Shown: positions 1 through 12,967, counted from the first letter of the stretch. The stretch is DNA of 64,000 nt from Squalus acanthias (GCA_030390025.1 CM059432.1:99450001-99514000); one strand, 5' to 3'. Notes: generated by a model from the letters alone, not told the origin. A program made the numbers and translations.

Positions 1-4
1 TCAG

Positions 5-1071
5 ATGGTGATTCACCAGCTGAGGAGATGGTCCCTGAAGCTGCCACTGGGAGTGATGCTGCAGCTGAGGAGGAAGAGGAAGCCGGAGCATCAGTGCCAC
101 CCTCTCCCGAGGAAGCCCATGGCCACACTGGGAACACGCCTTCCCCGGAGGGGAGCAGGGGGGAAGGGGCTGATGATGGTGAAGTTCCAGGACCCAGCGG
201 GCTGCAGCAACGCCATGGGGGGGGGAGGGAAGAACGGGGGAGCAGGGGGGAAGGGGCTGATGATGGTGAAGTTCCAGGACCCAGCGGGCTGCAGCAACGC
301 CATGGGGGGGGGAGGGAAGAACGGGAGCCTTCTCCCCAGAGGGAGAGTATGCCAGACACTCCTAATGCAATGGACGCAGAGGAGGAGCGGATGATTGCAG
401 AAATGAACAGCCAGGCGGTGGTCATGCACACTGAGCTCATGGGTGCAGTGGGAAGGGTGCCCGAATGCATTGAGGCACTGGCAAGGAGTGTGGAGCACTT
501 CGCTGTAGCACAGGCGGATGCCACACTAAAGCTTACTGCTGCAATTCAGTCACTGGCTGCCAGGAACCCATCTGAGCCTGCTCTCATGCAGACTCAGATT
601 GAGGCCACGCGAGCACTGACTGCTGCCATCCTCGATGGTTCGTGCACATGTCCCCGGGGCTGTCACCGCGCCGCAGCAGGCCAGCAATCTGTTCTCAGGC
701 AAATTGCTCCGGATGCTGAAGTGCTGCCCCGTGGGAGTGCCAGTGTGTCGGGCGAGCAGGGAGTTGCTGTCCTCTCTCACGATGACAGCATTCCTGCTGC
801 CAACACTGTCACTTCTCCACTGCACTTGCCACCGCCTGTAGGACAGACTGCTGCCGCCCATGCAGAGTTGGTGCAGTCTGCAGCCGGGCCCTCCAGGCCC
901 AGAAGTGGTCGAGGCCGGCCTTCAGGGGCATCTGCAGTGTCAGGGTCTGACAAGCAGCAGCCTTCCACCAGCCTTGCTGCAGCCACTGAGGTCCCATTAC
1001 GGAGGAGCAGTAGGGTTAGAAGGGGGGAAGTGCGCAAGGGAAGGAGATCACCCTCGAAGGGCAAAAAGTAG
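5..1071 (+). CDS. Last exon of the Harbinger Myb/SANT-like DNA-binding partner protein (copy A)
   Basis: Acceptor tcag at 1-4. Open frame to TAG at 1071. Homologous to exon 3 of copy B (46226-47205), with a basic NLS-like C-terminus (LRRSSRVRRGEVRKGRR). Confidence 0.8.
151..324 (+). repeat. 87-bp in-frame tandem duplication (29 aa x2)
   Basis: GSRGEGADDGEVPGPSGLQQRHGGGREER occurs twice in copy A and once in copy B. Confidence 0.9.
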
Positions 1072-1365
1072 GAGGTGTGCCAAAATGCTGGTCATTTTTT
1101 TATTAAAGGCCGAGGTTCATGGCCCAACTTTTGTTTAGTGTTTTGGACATTATCTCCAGGTTGTGAGAACCAGTTATGTTATTGACTGTTTTTTGGTGTT
1201 TATTTCTATGAGTTTGTCATGAGGAATTGACACACACAGAGTTTGTACAATAAATAAGTTTCTGTATTCAAAATATACATGGCTGGTGGTTGGAATTATT
1301 GGTGCCTTGGCCGGCTTAGGGGTTGCGTGCTGGGTTGATTCGTGTTTGTAGCACTGGCAGGGGTC

Positions 1366-2526
1366 CTAGAAGCGGCTTGCTATTAGTCGTTGACGGACGG
1401 CCCTTGCAGTTTGACCATTGTGGGCCGCCCTCCTGCCTTGGTGCTGCTGCTGATCATCGTCCTCGGCCTGTTCCTCCTCTTCCTCCTCCTCCTCTTGTGG
1501 TGCTGCAAGGCCTGGTGGCATTGGCTGCGTCCTGAGGATTGCCATGTTGTGCAACATGCAGCACACCACTACGAATTTGGAAACTTGCTCAGGCGAGTAC
1601 TGCAGGGCTCCTCCGGAATGGTCCAGACAGCGGAATCGTTGTTTGAGCACGCCGATTGTGCGCTCAATAATGTTCCTCGTTGCTTGTTGGCTTTCCTGGT
1701 ACCGCAGCTCAGCAGGGGTGTTTGGCGCACGGAGCGGTGTCATCAGCCAGGTGCTCAATGCGTACCCCTTGTCCCCCAGAAGCCAACCAACTGGCTGATG
1801 CGGTGCCTCGAAAATTTCTGCCACAGTACTCTGGCGCAGGATGAAAGCATCGTGGCAGCTGCCCGGATAGTGGGCATTGACAGCGAGAATCACCTGTCTG
1901 TGGTCACAGACCAACTGCACATTCAAGGAATGGAACCCCTTTCTGTTCCGGAACTCCTCTGCATTCTCTCGCGGAGCACGCAAAGCCACATGCGTGCAGT
2001 CAATGGCGCCCTGCACCATGGGGAAGCCCGCTACCCTCGCAAAGCCCATAGCACGGTCATGCTGCTTGTCTGGGGTCATAGGGAAGGAGATGAAGTCTTG
2101 TCTCCTTGTGAAGAGGGCATTGGTGACCTGCCGAATGCAGCGATGCACCGCAAACTGGGAGATATTGGCGAGGTCCCCAACAGCAGCTTGGAATGAGCCA
2201 GTGGCGTAGAAGTTCAAGGCCACTGTGACCTTCACTGCCACCGACAGAGACGTCCTGGACCTCAGCTGAGGCTGCAGATCTGGCTGCAGCAGGTGGCAGA
2301 GCTCAGTGACCACCTCCTTGCTGAATCGCAGCCTTCGCAAACACAGCTCCTCGGACATGTGGATGTAGGAGAGCTGTTCACGATATACCCTGGGAGGGTA
2401 AGCTCTCCTGTACATGCGCCTGATGGGCCTCCTCCGTCTGGCCATCATTGCCACTCTCTGTCTGCGTCTCACTCTGCTCCGATTGAGCTGGAGCAGGACG
2501 ACGCCCCCAATCATTGCAGCCCCCAT
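1366..2526 (-). CDS. Harbinger (HARBI1-family) DDE transposase, 386 aa, intact
   Basis: Motifs [58 protein letters not shown] and CCMLHN; acidic tail. Confidence 0.95.
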   Translation of the reverse strand: MGAAMIGGVVLLQLNRSRVRRRQRVAMMARRRRPIRRMYRRAYPPRVYREQLSYIHMSEELCLRRLRFSKEVVTELCHLLQPDLQPQLRSRTSLSVAVKVTVALNFYATGSFQAAVGDLANISQFAVHRCIRQVTNALFTRRQDFISFPMTPDKQHDRAMGFARVAGFPMVQGAIDCTHVALRAPRENAEEFRNRKGFHSLNVQLVCDHRQVILAVNAHYPGSCHDAFILRQSTVAEIFEAPHQPVGWLLGDKGYALSTWLMTPLRAPNTPAELRYQESQQATRNIIERTIGVLKQRFRCLDHSGGALQYSPEQVSKFVVVCCMLHNMAILRTQPMPPGLAAPQEEEEEEEEQAEDDDQQQHQGRRAAHNGQTARAVRQRLIASRF

Positions 2527-3508
2527 CTTCTCTTTGCCAGAAAAGTAATGAGGTACAGCAACGAAAGTAGCAGCAAAGTTAGGATGAACTAGGCAAAACT
2601 ACCTCACAAAGCGTTGAGTCAATGTAGAAGTCTCTCTCTCTCTCTCTCCGAATCTCTCTCTCTCTCTCAGAACGAGTGGTGCATAAATGTCGACCACAGA
2701 AAAAGACAGGAAGAGGCCCCCTTTAAATAGCGCCCCCCCCAGCCCCAGACCGATTGATAACGTTCCAGTCTTCCGGTCGTTGGAAGCGCCAGGCGGTAAG
2801 GCAGGGGGTGCCACTCAATTTCCGCTCCGGGGCGCCCCAAGGGCGTTGCACCACAGAATGACGTCACAATCTGCGCGCGCAGGTGGTCGCAGCGGTAAGT
2901 TTTAGCGCCGCCGCACAATCTCAAGTTAAGTTCTTGAGCGGCGCAAACAGCGCTGCGCCCAGGCGTTAGCGCCTTAATGCCCCATTAGCGCCCATTTAAG
3001 GCGCTAACGGGAGGCGCAAGCAGCTGAATTTTTCCCCCTAAGACTCTAGTTTTGGACTTAAATATGTCACTCTCAAACTCAATGCAAAATTCTATCATAT
3101 TATGATCACTCTTCCGCAGAGCATCATTTACTATGAGATTACTAATTAACCCTGTTTCATTGCATAATATAAGATCTACAATAACCTATTTCCTGGTTGT
3201 TTCCCTGATGTATTGTTCTGGGAAACTGTCTCAAATGCATCCCATGAACTCGTCCACCAGACCTTTGACAATTTGATTTGCCCAGTCTATATGAAGATTA
3301 AAGTACCCCACAATTATTGCATTGCCTTTGTTACAAGCTCCTATTATTTGTTGATTAATACTCTGTCCAACGGTATAGCTACTGTTAGGGGGTGTATAAA
3401 ATACTCAGACCAATTTTTTCTGCCTCTTGTTATTTCTTATCTCCACCCATACTGATTCTACTTCCTTATCTTCTGAGGCAAGGTCCTTTCTCACTCCTGT
3501 CCTCATGT

Positions 3509-4963
3509 TGAAGGGATAATTACTAGTCCTAGCCCTTTTCGGGCTACCCCAGATCAGGTGTATTCCCCAGATGTTCACCTTCAACTAAAGTTAGAGGTAG
3601 TCGAATTCTATAAGACGCTTAAATGGGGCTTAAGTTCCAGACTATCTCTCCCTAAAGGAAAGGAATGACGTGAATATGTTACCGTCCTCCGGATAGCACT
3701 TTTAATAAGTTTAACTAGACTGTAACCTTCCGGATATTATGAGGGTCCGGAAAACCCCCCAGAATTCTGCAACTCCTCACAAAAGAGTATACAGAGATTG
3801 AGTTTGCGAGCTTGATACAGAAATACTAATTGAGACAATTCTAAAAATATATAATTTTATTAAAGAACTGACATTCAGTTAACAGCTGATAAATCAATCG
3901 CGACTTTAACAGTTCAAAATACAAATAGCTTACATTTTCTTATTCTCAGAGATCCTTATTCTCAAATCTTAACTTCGTACATTTTTACATTGCTTATTCT
4001 TAATCTAGAATATCCACCAAAATCAAATAAAAGTACCTTGATCCCCGAGACTCAAAAAGCTAAAAACTTACAGAGCGTGCCCCTGAAGTTGAGAATCGCT
4101 TGCCCATTTCCAGCGACTTCTGCCTTTCCATCTGAAAAGCTCTATTTTTATACCTTTTTTTAGTGGTTTATCCTTTGAAGTTTTCTGCTGATGTAAGCTA
4201 ATTATCTCTAGTCATCTTTGTTGAATTCTTTCTATTCTTACTGTCATTTCAGCTGCCAACTCTCAGACTTCTGTCTGTTGTTTAGGTGTTCAAAACGTAT
4301 CATAAAATGGCTATAACTTATGTATCTATTTGATGCCATTTTTATCAAAGGTCTTCCATTCAATTCTAAAATGACCTAGCTGTTTGAAAACAGACGTCGT
4401 GTCTACTAACTATTCCATTTTCAATAGAAAAACCATGTGATTGCTTGGAGTCATCTATTGAAGTCATATTTTCAAAGTGTTCTGTAGGTATCTTTTACAA
4501 CATGTAAACCAAAAACACTTCAACTGAGTATTTACTTGTTTTCTAGCTATCTCAGTTGGTTGTACCACAGACGTCATGTCTGCTTGCTTCATTTGATGTG
4601 ATATTATGAAGGCATATGGTTGTTTAATGTTCTAAGTTTCTGTTTCCCTGAGTGTTAGTTTATAACACTTTAAACTGGGTGATGTATTGTGTTTCTTCTA
4701 AAGCTTAGACTTTCTGGAAGCACCAATGATTTGCTTCAATAGGGCCATTGTTTCTTGGTCAATATCCCATTCCCATTTCAAAAGCTTGTATGGTGTTTTA
4801 CAGCTTTTGTTAACAACTGATCTTTATCTCAGAAGCCTGTATTGACACAGCCTGTGTTGCCGAGGCTTTCCAGACTTTTAAACCCAGTATGCCATGTATT
4901 AATAATATCAGAAATCTATTCATAGGATGGTGTATCTCTTGGAATATGGCTATTTCCTTTACA
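3509..4963 (-). mobile_element. Probable solo LTR (~1.45 kb)
   Basis: TG...CA ends with imperfect terminal inverted repeats and an ATGT/ATGC 4-bp TSD. Interrupts the CR1. Minus-strand TATA-like (~4150) and AATAAA (~3858) signals; no ORF. Confidence 0.5.
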
Positions 4964-5250
4964 ATGCCATCCTTTATTATCAGGGCTACCCTCCTCCTTT
5001 TCCATTCTACCTGTTTTTTTCAAAACGTCATGTGCCCTGGAATATTTATTTCCCAACCTTGGTCACCTTGCAACCACATCTCTGTAATGGCTATTAGATC
5101 AAGCACATTTATCTCTATTTGTGCCAATAATTCATCTATCTTGTTACGAATGCTTCATGCATTCAGATAAAGAGCCTTTAATTTTAACATTTTACCATTA
5201 TCCCCTGCTTTCACCTTATTCGCTGATGCACTATTACCGTTAAACTCTCT

Positions 5251-6145
5251 GGGGGAGAAATACAGTATCGCCCCATTTGGGGCGCAATTATTGGCCGGGC
5301 GCAAAGATTAGCGCCTGGCGCAAATTATCGCCACCGACTGCAAACTTGACTTTTATCGCCCCTGGAGGTGATTGGAGCGCTAAATCAGGCGCTACACACC
5401 TGTCTTAAGGCGCAAAGGCCGAGGAGCGAGGCGCTACCTCAGAGCGCTGGCAAAGCTCATGTAATGTCAGTCAGCAATGGAACACACACACAATGGCACG
5501 GGCCAGTTCTTAAAGGGGATGGTTAATCTCACTTTCCATCCACATCCTGCTCATTGCAGCCTTGAATCTCGGCCTGGAGAGACCTGCACATCAAATCTGC
5601 TGGAAAGAACAATGGAGAGTACCAGGCAAAGAGCTCAGAGTGCAGCCCCCACAGTCTCTTCTAAATCGATACAAGGAATGGCAAATCAAAATGAACCTGC
5701 AAAGTACTGCTCAGTACCCAAAACTCCTTCACACAACGTTGAATCTCTCCAGAAGTCTCTCTCTCTCTCTCTCTCAGAATGCGTAGTTAAAAAATGGCAC
5801 CAACAATAAAAGGCAGGAAGCGGTCACCTTTAAATAGCGCTCCCCCTTTCCCTTCATGACTGCAGAACGCTCCCCTCAACCTGTCGTTGCTAGCGTCAGG
5901 CGGTAAGGCAGGGGGCGCCACTCAATATCCGCTCCGGGGCGATACCGGGGCGTTGCGCACTCGACTGACGTCACGATCTGCCGGCGCAGGAGATCGTGGC
6001 GGTAGTGTTTAGCGCCGCCGCAAAATCTCTAGTTAATTTCGCGAGCGGCGCAAACTTCGCCGCGCCTGGGTGCTAGATGCTTTGCGCCCCATTAGCGCCC
6101 TCTTAAGGCGCTAACGGGAGGCGCAACCAACTGAATTTTTCCCCC
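5251..6145. mobile_element. Non-autonomous Harbinger (MITE/internal-deletion derivative) related to copies A/B
   Basis: TIRs gggggagaaat / atttttccccc with TCT TSD. Both subterminal regions align with copy B ends. No transposase. Confidence 0.88.
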
Positions 6146-7220
6146 TCTGTCCCTTCCTGTCATACTCTGCTTATCTTTACCCAAATCACTACACTGCTCC
6201 ATTGCCTTTGCTTTTCTCTTTAGATTTCTAAATTTCCCCTCGCCTGACCCCTCCCCCTCACCCAACACCCTCACAAGCACCTGTAGCAGGGATTACTCAG
6301 GGACAGGAACCTTGGCAGATTTTCCTCTCTCTAACCCAGGATGCTGTGGTCAATCATTAGTATAGCCTTGGGATCTTGATCTGTATGGATTAACAACTCA
6401 GTGACTGAGACCTGTGAGCAATCGGGGGAGCTCCTATTCCTGCACTTAATGTGTCGCTAAAGATTTCAGTAGCACTTCCCTCTATTTTTGCTCTTATTTC
6501 ACTTAAGCATTCTTGGACATATTTTGACTGGTGTCATTGTCTTATGAATATGCAAGAGTTGTAGTGTTTCTGTAACCACCCATTGCTTATCGTTACCTTC
6601 TCTTATGAACTTAGATGCATCTCGTATCCTTCCAAAAACTGTAAAATTCATCCATTGGTCACTGTAATGGAAGCTGTTATAGGAATATAATATAAAATAT
6701 CCATTATGTTATTTCACCAGGCATTTCCTTGGGGATTCTCCTGATCAGTTGGTGCAACTTCAGCATCAGATTGGCAGAAATGATGAGCAAAATTTTGCAG
6801 TAGGAGTGAATCTAACAGCTGGAGACACACAACTGCATTTAAAGTGATAGTGCCACTCAGAGAGCCCACAAGGTTAGCTGGTATGGGAAGTACAAATAGT
6901 ACAAACTGAATACTTCCTGAGGCACAGGTTGGGGATAAATCTCTTCAGGACAACTGCAGTCCTGAAACTATTTGAGCAAGGCCTTTGGAAGATCTCATTA
7001 CTGAATGCTTCTATCTAAAATGAGTTGAAATATTCCAGAGACACTCTAGAGTACAAAATTCAGAAACAAAATATAATTTGAATGTATAAATTGTATCCAT
7101 CTAACCCTCAACCCCTCTCCAAAGTTTGGACATGCACCTGATGGTTACCAAAAAACAAAAGCGATTTACAGGGACAGGTGACATGGTTGGAATAGAAGTT
7201 GAGCTGTGAATAATGAAATA

Positions 7221-8932
7221 GGCCCCAAAATTCCACACTGTTGTTGGCATATTTTTCTGTGTAAAGTCAGAGCAATTTTTTGGGCCGCAAAATGGAATGA
7301 AACCATTTCTGTCAATTTTCTACCCCAAAATTAATCCCTCTGACTTTCCAAATCCAACTTGTACCTTCCCATGATCCATGAGAAGATGGCAACACATACT
7401 GTCAAGTCCTGAGATAGTGCCCACTTAATTAGAATGCATTGTGAAGGGGTAGTTGTGCAGGCTCTGAAATCAGTCTCAGAGAGGTGACAGCTATGACTCT
7501 GGATTCTACAGCCATCAATTGTGGAAACATCAGGGTAGCTTTTACTTTATTACAGGCATCAATGGAGCCTATGGCAACTTCACGGAAACCTGCAGCAACA
7601 CCTACCTAAGAAGTGACCTGGGCCCAATTGGTGCCTCCTCCTCCACAGATGTACAGACTGCAACTCTGATGGTAGTAGGGATAGATCAGATAGAACCCCA
7701 TGTACCAGCTTCCAAATCCTTGGGGTATGGGATGCAGGCTGCTGTTGTTAAGAGCTTCCAGGATCTGATAGTTGTCATTAGGCTTGTCAGCCCACTGATC
7801 AGTGGGGATGCAGCACTTGGCCCCAGTGGAATGATGGTGGGCAATATAGACCCATATGAGGCTACTATTTCTTAGGACAGTAGCACATGGCTGGCATTCG
7901 GCCTTCTCTCTCCCCACCCAGAGCACCGTGCCAGTGGCATGTAGGATACGGCACAGGCTGCCTAGGCAAAGCCCCAGAAATGCAGCAGCCACATCCCAGG
8001 AGCAAACTGCCATTAGAGGAAGGTCACCTCAGTTCCATGAATCTTTTGTAGAGAGGAACAGCTGACCATCTTTTTTGATACTGGCACTCAGGTTACACCT
8101 AGGAGAAGCACTAGACTAGGAGAAAGAAAGGTACATTTAGACACGCAGGGGAATCCTAATGTAAGGAGAGATAGGCTGGCTTCTGTTCACTTTGGAGTTT
8201 GTTGTATTAAAGGAGAATGTACACTTAGGTCATGCTTTGTTGTTTATGGATATATGGCTGCCTGAAATGACTCAATAAAGGTTGAGTGTAATCGGCCTTC
8301 ATAGCCACAGACAGAAATGTGCCATCGGCAGACTATGGCTGCAAGCCAGCATGTAGCACCTGTCTCTTTGATGAACTGCACTCTTCGAACACATAGCTCC
8401 TCACTAAGTTCTTCATAGGACCTGTGCTGCCTGTATATTCCTGGGGGATGGGGGGGTTGGGGGGGGGGGGGGCGGGGTATCTTGAAAGGCACTGATTCCT
8501 TAACTGCTGCGTCACTCTCATTTTCTCCATCCTGTATGACTCCTCCTGCGCCTCCATTATAATGGCAGGCAAAGGTATGCTGATTGGGAATTGCATACTT
8601 GCTTCTAAGAACCTCTCACTGTGGATGGGGGCCACAATATCCTTGGGCTCCCACAGGCAGTCAGAGTCAAGTCCAGTGCTTGTCCAAAGCAAAAAATAAA
8701 TACATTGCTGTAAAAACTTGTTCTCAGCTACGTATTTGGTCGTTAAAGTCTTGGCACTCTTCAGGCTCACTTCTACCATTCTCAGCTGATCCTGGTAACT
8801 GATATGCCTTGTATTTCCCATTCTAAGTTACCCGAGTGCATTGCAAGCGTAACTTCAGGAAATTCGTTTCAGCCACACTTCTAGCAAAGTTACAGTGGTG
8901 GAGCAGGAATAACTCCAAGGAAATTCTCAGCC
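7221..8932 (-). pseudogene. Highly degenerate Harbinger remnant
   Basis: Minus-strand peptide YRQHRSYEELSEELCVRRVQFIKE resembles the transposase N-terminus (YREQLSYIHMSEELCLRRLRFSKE). Weak TIR-like ends; boundaries approximate. Confidence 0.5.
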
Positions 8933-10261
8933 ATTGACTCAGAGCATTTGAAAGAAGATGCATAATACTTAAAATGTTCCCATTTTAAAAAAAGATTCAC
9001 ATGTCACAGTGGGTGCTGTCCATCAATATATGGGAGACAACCAGTCGTCCCACAGGAAGCCATTGCTTGGGCTTGTAAACTTTGACCAATATGTATCCTA
9101 ACCTATGCCATTGGAGCCAGATAGAAAGCCTGTTGATGAGAAGTCCTGAAATCTACATTATAATCAAGTTATGATTTTTGAATTATGTTCTCACTAATAT
9201 CAAATTTAAATAAACTGTTTGTGGAAATGTACAAACAAATTCAGTAACACTGGATAAACAATAGTTCTGGATTTTACTTCAACATCCATTTGTTCATCTG
9301 ACCGACATGGTGTGGGCAAACAGTATATGTGTTGGTGGTACAACTGCTACGAAAGTGCATTACAAGTATAGTATAAAATGTTTTACTGATGGGTGAACAT
9401 TTACAAGTGATTCCAAATTATCCTTATAAAAATATATTATGCATTATTTCAGTGATAGCTATATACTATGTCAATAAAATAAATGCTGGTATCTGTATAC
9501 TATTTTAAGTAGCTTTCTAAGTAAACATAAATACTAAGCATTTTATTTTATTTTGATTAAATAAACACCCAATATCCCTGGTTTATTTGACCTAGGACAT
9601 TCTTTCATTTTATCATCAGTTTTCATTGCAGAAATGAAGCAGGTTCATGTTGGACCTGGAAGTTTTACAGAAAATTGACTCAATCAAATACAGATCATAA
9701 TAATCTGATTGTCTGTATCACTGTCACCAGCTGGTTTCCTCAGACGAGTTACTTTGTTGTGAAGCCCCTTCACCCATATAAATGTAATTTGTTTAACGGT
9801 ATCTCTCCATGATACTATAAAATAACTTGTAATTATTTATTTTTGTTTGGATATTTTCTATAATAAATTGTTTGAACCTTTAGTTCAAAAGTATATTTCC
9901 CAGTGGGCAAAACTGTGTCAACCCAACATTTTGAATTGTCACAATGAAAGTTTCATTCAAATCCTAGTGACGTTTTTCATAAAGTCATACATACCTCAAC
10001 ATAGATTCAAAACAAAAATGCTCACTTTGCGCCAATGTAACAGGCATTGAAAGAATTGTTTTATTCCTAGACATGAGAATACAAAGTAGTTCATATGTAT
10101 ATATTTGGTTTGAATTATCATGTGTCCTTAAACTTGTTATCATAACAGATCATTAGAATTCCCACCACAAGCCCTATTCAAAATTTCAAACTCAACTCAA
10201 ATCTAATAAGTTTAGCATTATTTTAGGCAAAAGATACCCCAAGCACATGCATAGGAAAGGA

Positions 10262-10550
10262 AAAACTTTCATTTATATAACAGATTTTGTGTCCTCAGTG
10301 TGTCCCAATGCACTTCACAGCCAATTTTTGAAGCATAGTCACTGTTGCTTTGTAAGCTAATTTATGCACAGCAAAGTCCCACAAACAGAAAATGAGATGA
10401 ATGACCACTTAATCTGTTTTGGTGGTATTTGGGAGACCAATGTTGGCCAGGACATTGGAAGAACTCTCTGCTCTTTTTCAAAAAAGTGCCATGAGAATTT
10501 TTACATCCACCTGAGCAGTGAGGCAGTTCAATATTTCATCCAATGGCTCG
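10262..10550 (-). mobile_element. SINE fragment with L2-like 3' tail (Deu/AmnSINE-like)
   Basis: End ttcatttatata...tgtcccaatgcacttcaca resembles the L2 tail at ~11501-11550. Family assignment is from memory. Confidence 0.45.
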
Positions 10551-11494
10551 GATAATGTACGGTACGGGTCAACAATCTCGGAACTTACACCAGGATTGCG
10601 CTTGCCTGTGTCCTCTGCGATTGAACCTGGCGGGGTTTGCAGTCAGGTGAGGTCACCTAATTTGCATAGTGCCAGTGGATGTCTGCACCACTAGGAGTGT
10701 ATTTCAAGTGCTTGCCAGCTCCTAGTTGCTGGGAAATCCAGCCTCAAGCTGCCCAGGGCAAGGGGTATCAGATCACTTCCAGAAATCTATCAATTCAGCC
10801 CTAAGCAAGGAGCCACATTAAACTAACAACCTTCAGTAATTCTCCAAGCAGTACACACAGTACAGTGGCACAATCTGCCTGGCAGGAAGGTTAATGCATG
10901 CTGCATCACCTGGAAGAGCTGTACCCAATAAGAAAAAACTTGCAGACCTGAAAAAAAATCAACCAAAGTAAGGCTGCTCTACTTTACTTTGGACAATGGG
11001 GTTGATGTGAGGAATCCCTGATAGTTACATGGATGCTATCTACCATACCCTAGACTCTTAGCAACCCTGTTCCCCAGTAAAGGTTCTATGCCTTGTCCCA
11101 CTGATGCCTCCTTTTCACAGGGAAAATGATCAAGATGTTTCCCTTTGCATTCATACCATCTGCCACTTGTTTGCTGTACTTATCAACTGCAAATTGGCTG
11201 ATCTGGCAGATGTCCCCTGTAGTGACTTAGAAGCATCAGTACCATAAAAGCTAAATGCTGTGGTAACCTTCATAACTATGGGAAGAGCTGCCCCTCTAGT
11301 AGAAATATCTACAAATCACCTTGGAGAAGATGGCATAGCTCAGTGACAACCTCTCTAGTGAAGCAGAGGTGGTGGAAGCAAGTATTCTTTGACATCCTAG
11401 ATAGGAATGTCAGGGTTTATAAATGCAGGTCCTGAGGTACTGACAGGTGTGGACATAACACTTTGGGTGTTGGCACATCTGCATTTAGTGTCAA

Positions 11495-12967
11495 CAAAAA
11501 ATTGCATTTATATAGCACCTTTAATGTAGTAAAATGTCCCAAGCTGCTTCAAAGGAGCATTTTCAAACAAAGCTGAAGTCACAGCCGCCAATGGTCGAGC
11601 GATGAAAATCTGGAATGCGCAAGATGCCAGAATTGGAGGACCGCAGAGATCTCAGAGGGTTGTAGGGCTGGAGGAGGTTAGAGAGATAGAAAGGGGCGAG
11701 ATCATGGAGGGATTTGAAAACAAGTATGAGAATTTTAATACCGAGACGTTGCCCGACTGGGAACCAATGTAAGTCAGCGAGAACATGGGCGATGGGTGAA
11801 CAGGACTTGGTGCAAGTTAGGATATGGGTAGCAGAGTTTTGGATGAGCTCAAGGTGGAAGGCTGGCCAGGAGAGCATTGGAATAGGCGAGTCTAGAGGTA
11901 ACAAAGGCATGCATGAGGGTTTCAGCAGCAGATGAGCTAAGGTAAGGGCAGAGACAGATGACGTTACGGAGAAGTTACGCGCCACAGAAGTGCCAGGCAA
12001 TGACTTTCTCCAACAAGCGAGAGTCTAACCACCTCCCTTTGACATTCAACGGCATTACCATCGCCGAATCCACCACCATCAACATCCTGGGGGTCACCAT
12101 TGACCAGAAACTTAACTGGACCAGCCACATAAATACTGTGGCAACAAGAGCAGGTCAGAGGCTAGGTATTCTGCGGCGAGTGTCTCACCTCCTGACTCCC
12201 CAAAGCCTTTCCACCATCTACAAGGCACAAGTAAGGAGTGTGATGGAATACTCTCCACTTGCCTGGATGAGTGCAGCTCCAACAACACTCAAGAAGCTCG
12301 ACACCATCAAGGACAAAACAGCCTGCTTGATTGGCACCCCATCCACCACCTTAAACATTCACTCCCTCCACCACCAGCATACCATGGCTGCAGTGTGTAC
12401 CATCTACAAGATGCACTGCAGCAACTCACCAAGGCTTCTTCGGTAGCACCTGCCAAACCCGCGACCTCTTCCACCTAGAAGGACAAGGGCAGCAAGTGCA
12501 TGGGAACACCACCACCTCCAAGTTCCCCTCCAAGTCACACACCATCCTGACTTAGAAGTATATCGCCGATCCTTCATCGTCGCTGGGTCAAAATCCTGGA
12601 ACTCCCTACCTAACAGCACTGTGGGAGTACCTTCACCACATGGACTGCAGCAGTTCAAGAAGATGGCTCACCACCACCTTCTCAAGGGCAACTAGGGATG
12701 GGCAATAAATTCTGGCCATGCCAGCGATGCCCAGATCCCATAAGCGAATAAAAAAAGATGAAAGTAGGTGGTTTTGATGATGGAGTAGAAGCTCAGCTCA
12801 GGTTCAAATCGGACGCTATGGTTGCGAACAGTCTGGTTCAGCCTCAAATAGTGGCTAGGGAGAAGAATAGAGTCAGTGGCTGGGAAATAGAGTTTGTGGC
12901 AGGAACCGGAGACAATGGCTTCAGTCTTCCCAATATTTAATTGGAGGAAATTTCTGCTCATCCAATA
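11495..12967 (-). mobile_element. L2 LINE 3' fragment (11495-11970 and 12757-12967) split by another LINE
   Basis: Peptides LHWFPVGQRLGIKILILVFKSLHDLAPFYL and WMSRNFLQLNIGKTEAI are typical of the L2 ORF2 C-terminus. Confidence 0.8.
11977..12756 (+). mobile_element. 5'-truncated CR1/L2-group LINE 3' end with A-tail
   Basis: ILGVTIDQKLNWTSHI...IYKAQVRSVMEYSPLAW (RT C-terminal region); ends gaataaaaaaa. Confidence 0.85.

Larger units (their letters stand above)
1..3038. mobile_element. Autonomous PIF/Harbinger DNA transposon, copy A (left part lies outside the window)
   Basis: Near-identical to 46222-49172. Carries the last Myb/SANT-partner exon (+) and the transposase (-) tail-to-tail. Ends in TIR aatttttccccc (3027-3038) followed by TAA. 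Confidence 0.93.
3042..6270 (-). mobile_element. Degenerate CR1 LINE fragment (endonuclease region), split by two insertions into ~3042-3508, 4964-5250 and 6146-6270
   Basis: Minus-strand CR1-like APE sequence (e.g. DLIAITEMWLQGDQGWE at ~5050-5100) that rejoins across the solo LTR and the MITE. Confidence 0.65.

Noticed and set aside
1390..2196. 268-aa plus-strand ORF (also 47524-48330) with a hydrophobic N-terminus
   Set aside because: Antisense shadow of the transposase; the Leu-rich stretch is the reverse of the Glu codons.
1366..2526. Domesticated host HARBI1 gene
   Set aside because: It lies within TIRs next to a Myb partner and has a near-identical second copy, so it is a transposon.
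1..3038. Segmental duplication with 46222-49172
   Set aside because: Similarity stops exactly at the TIR and the flanks differ.
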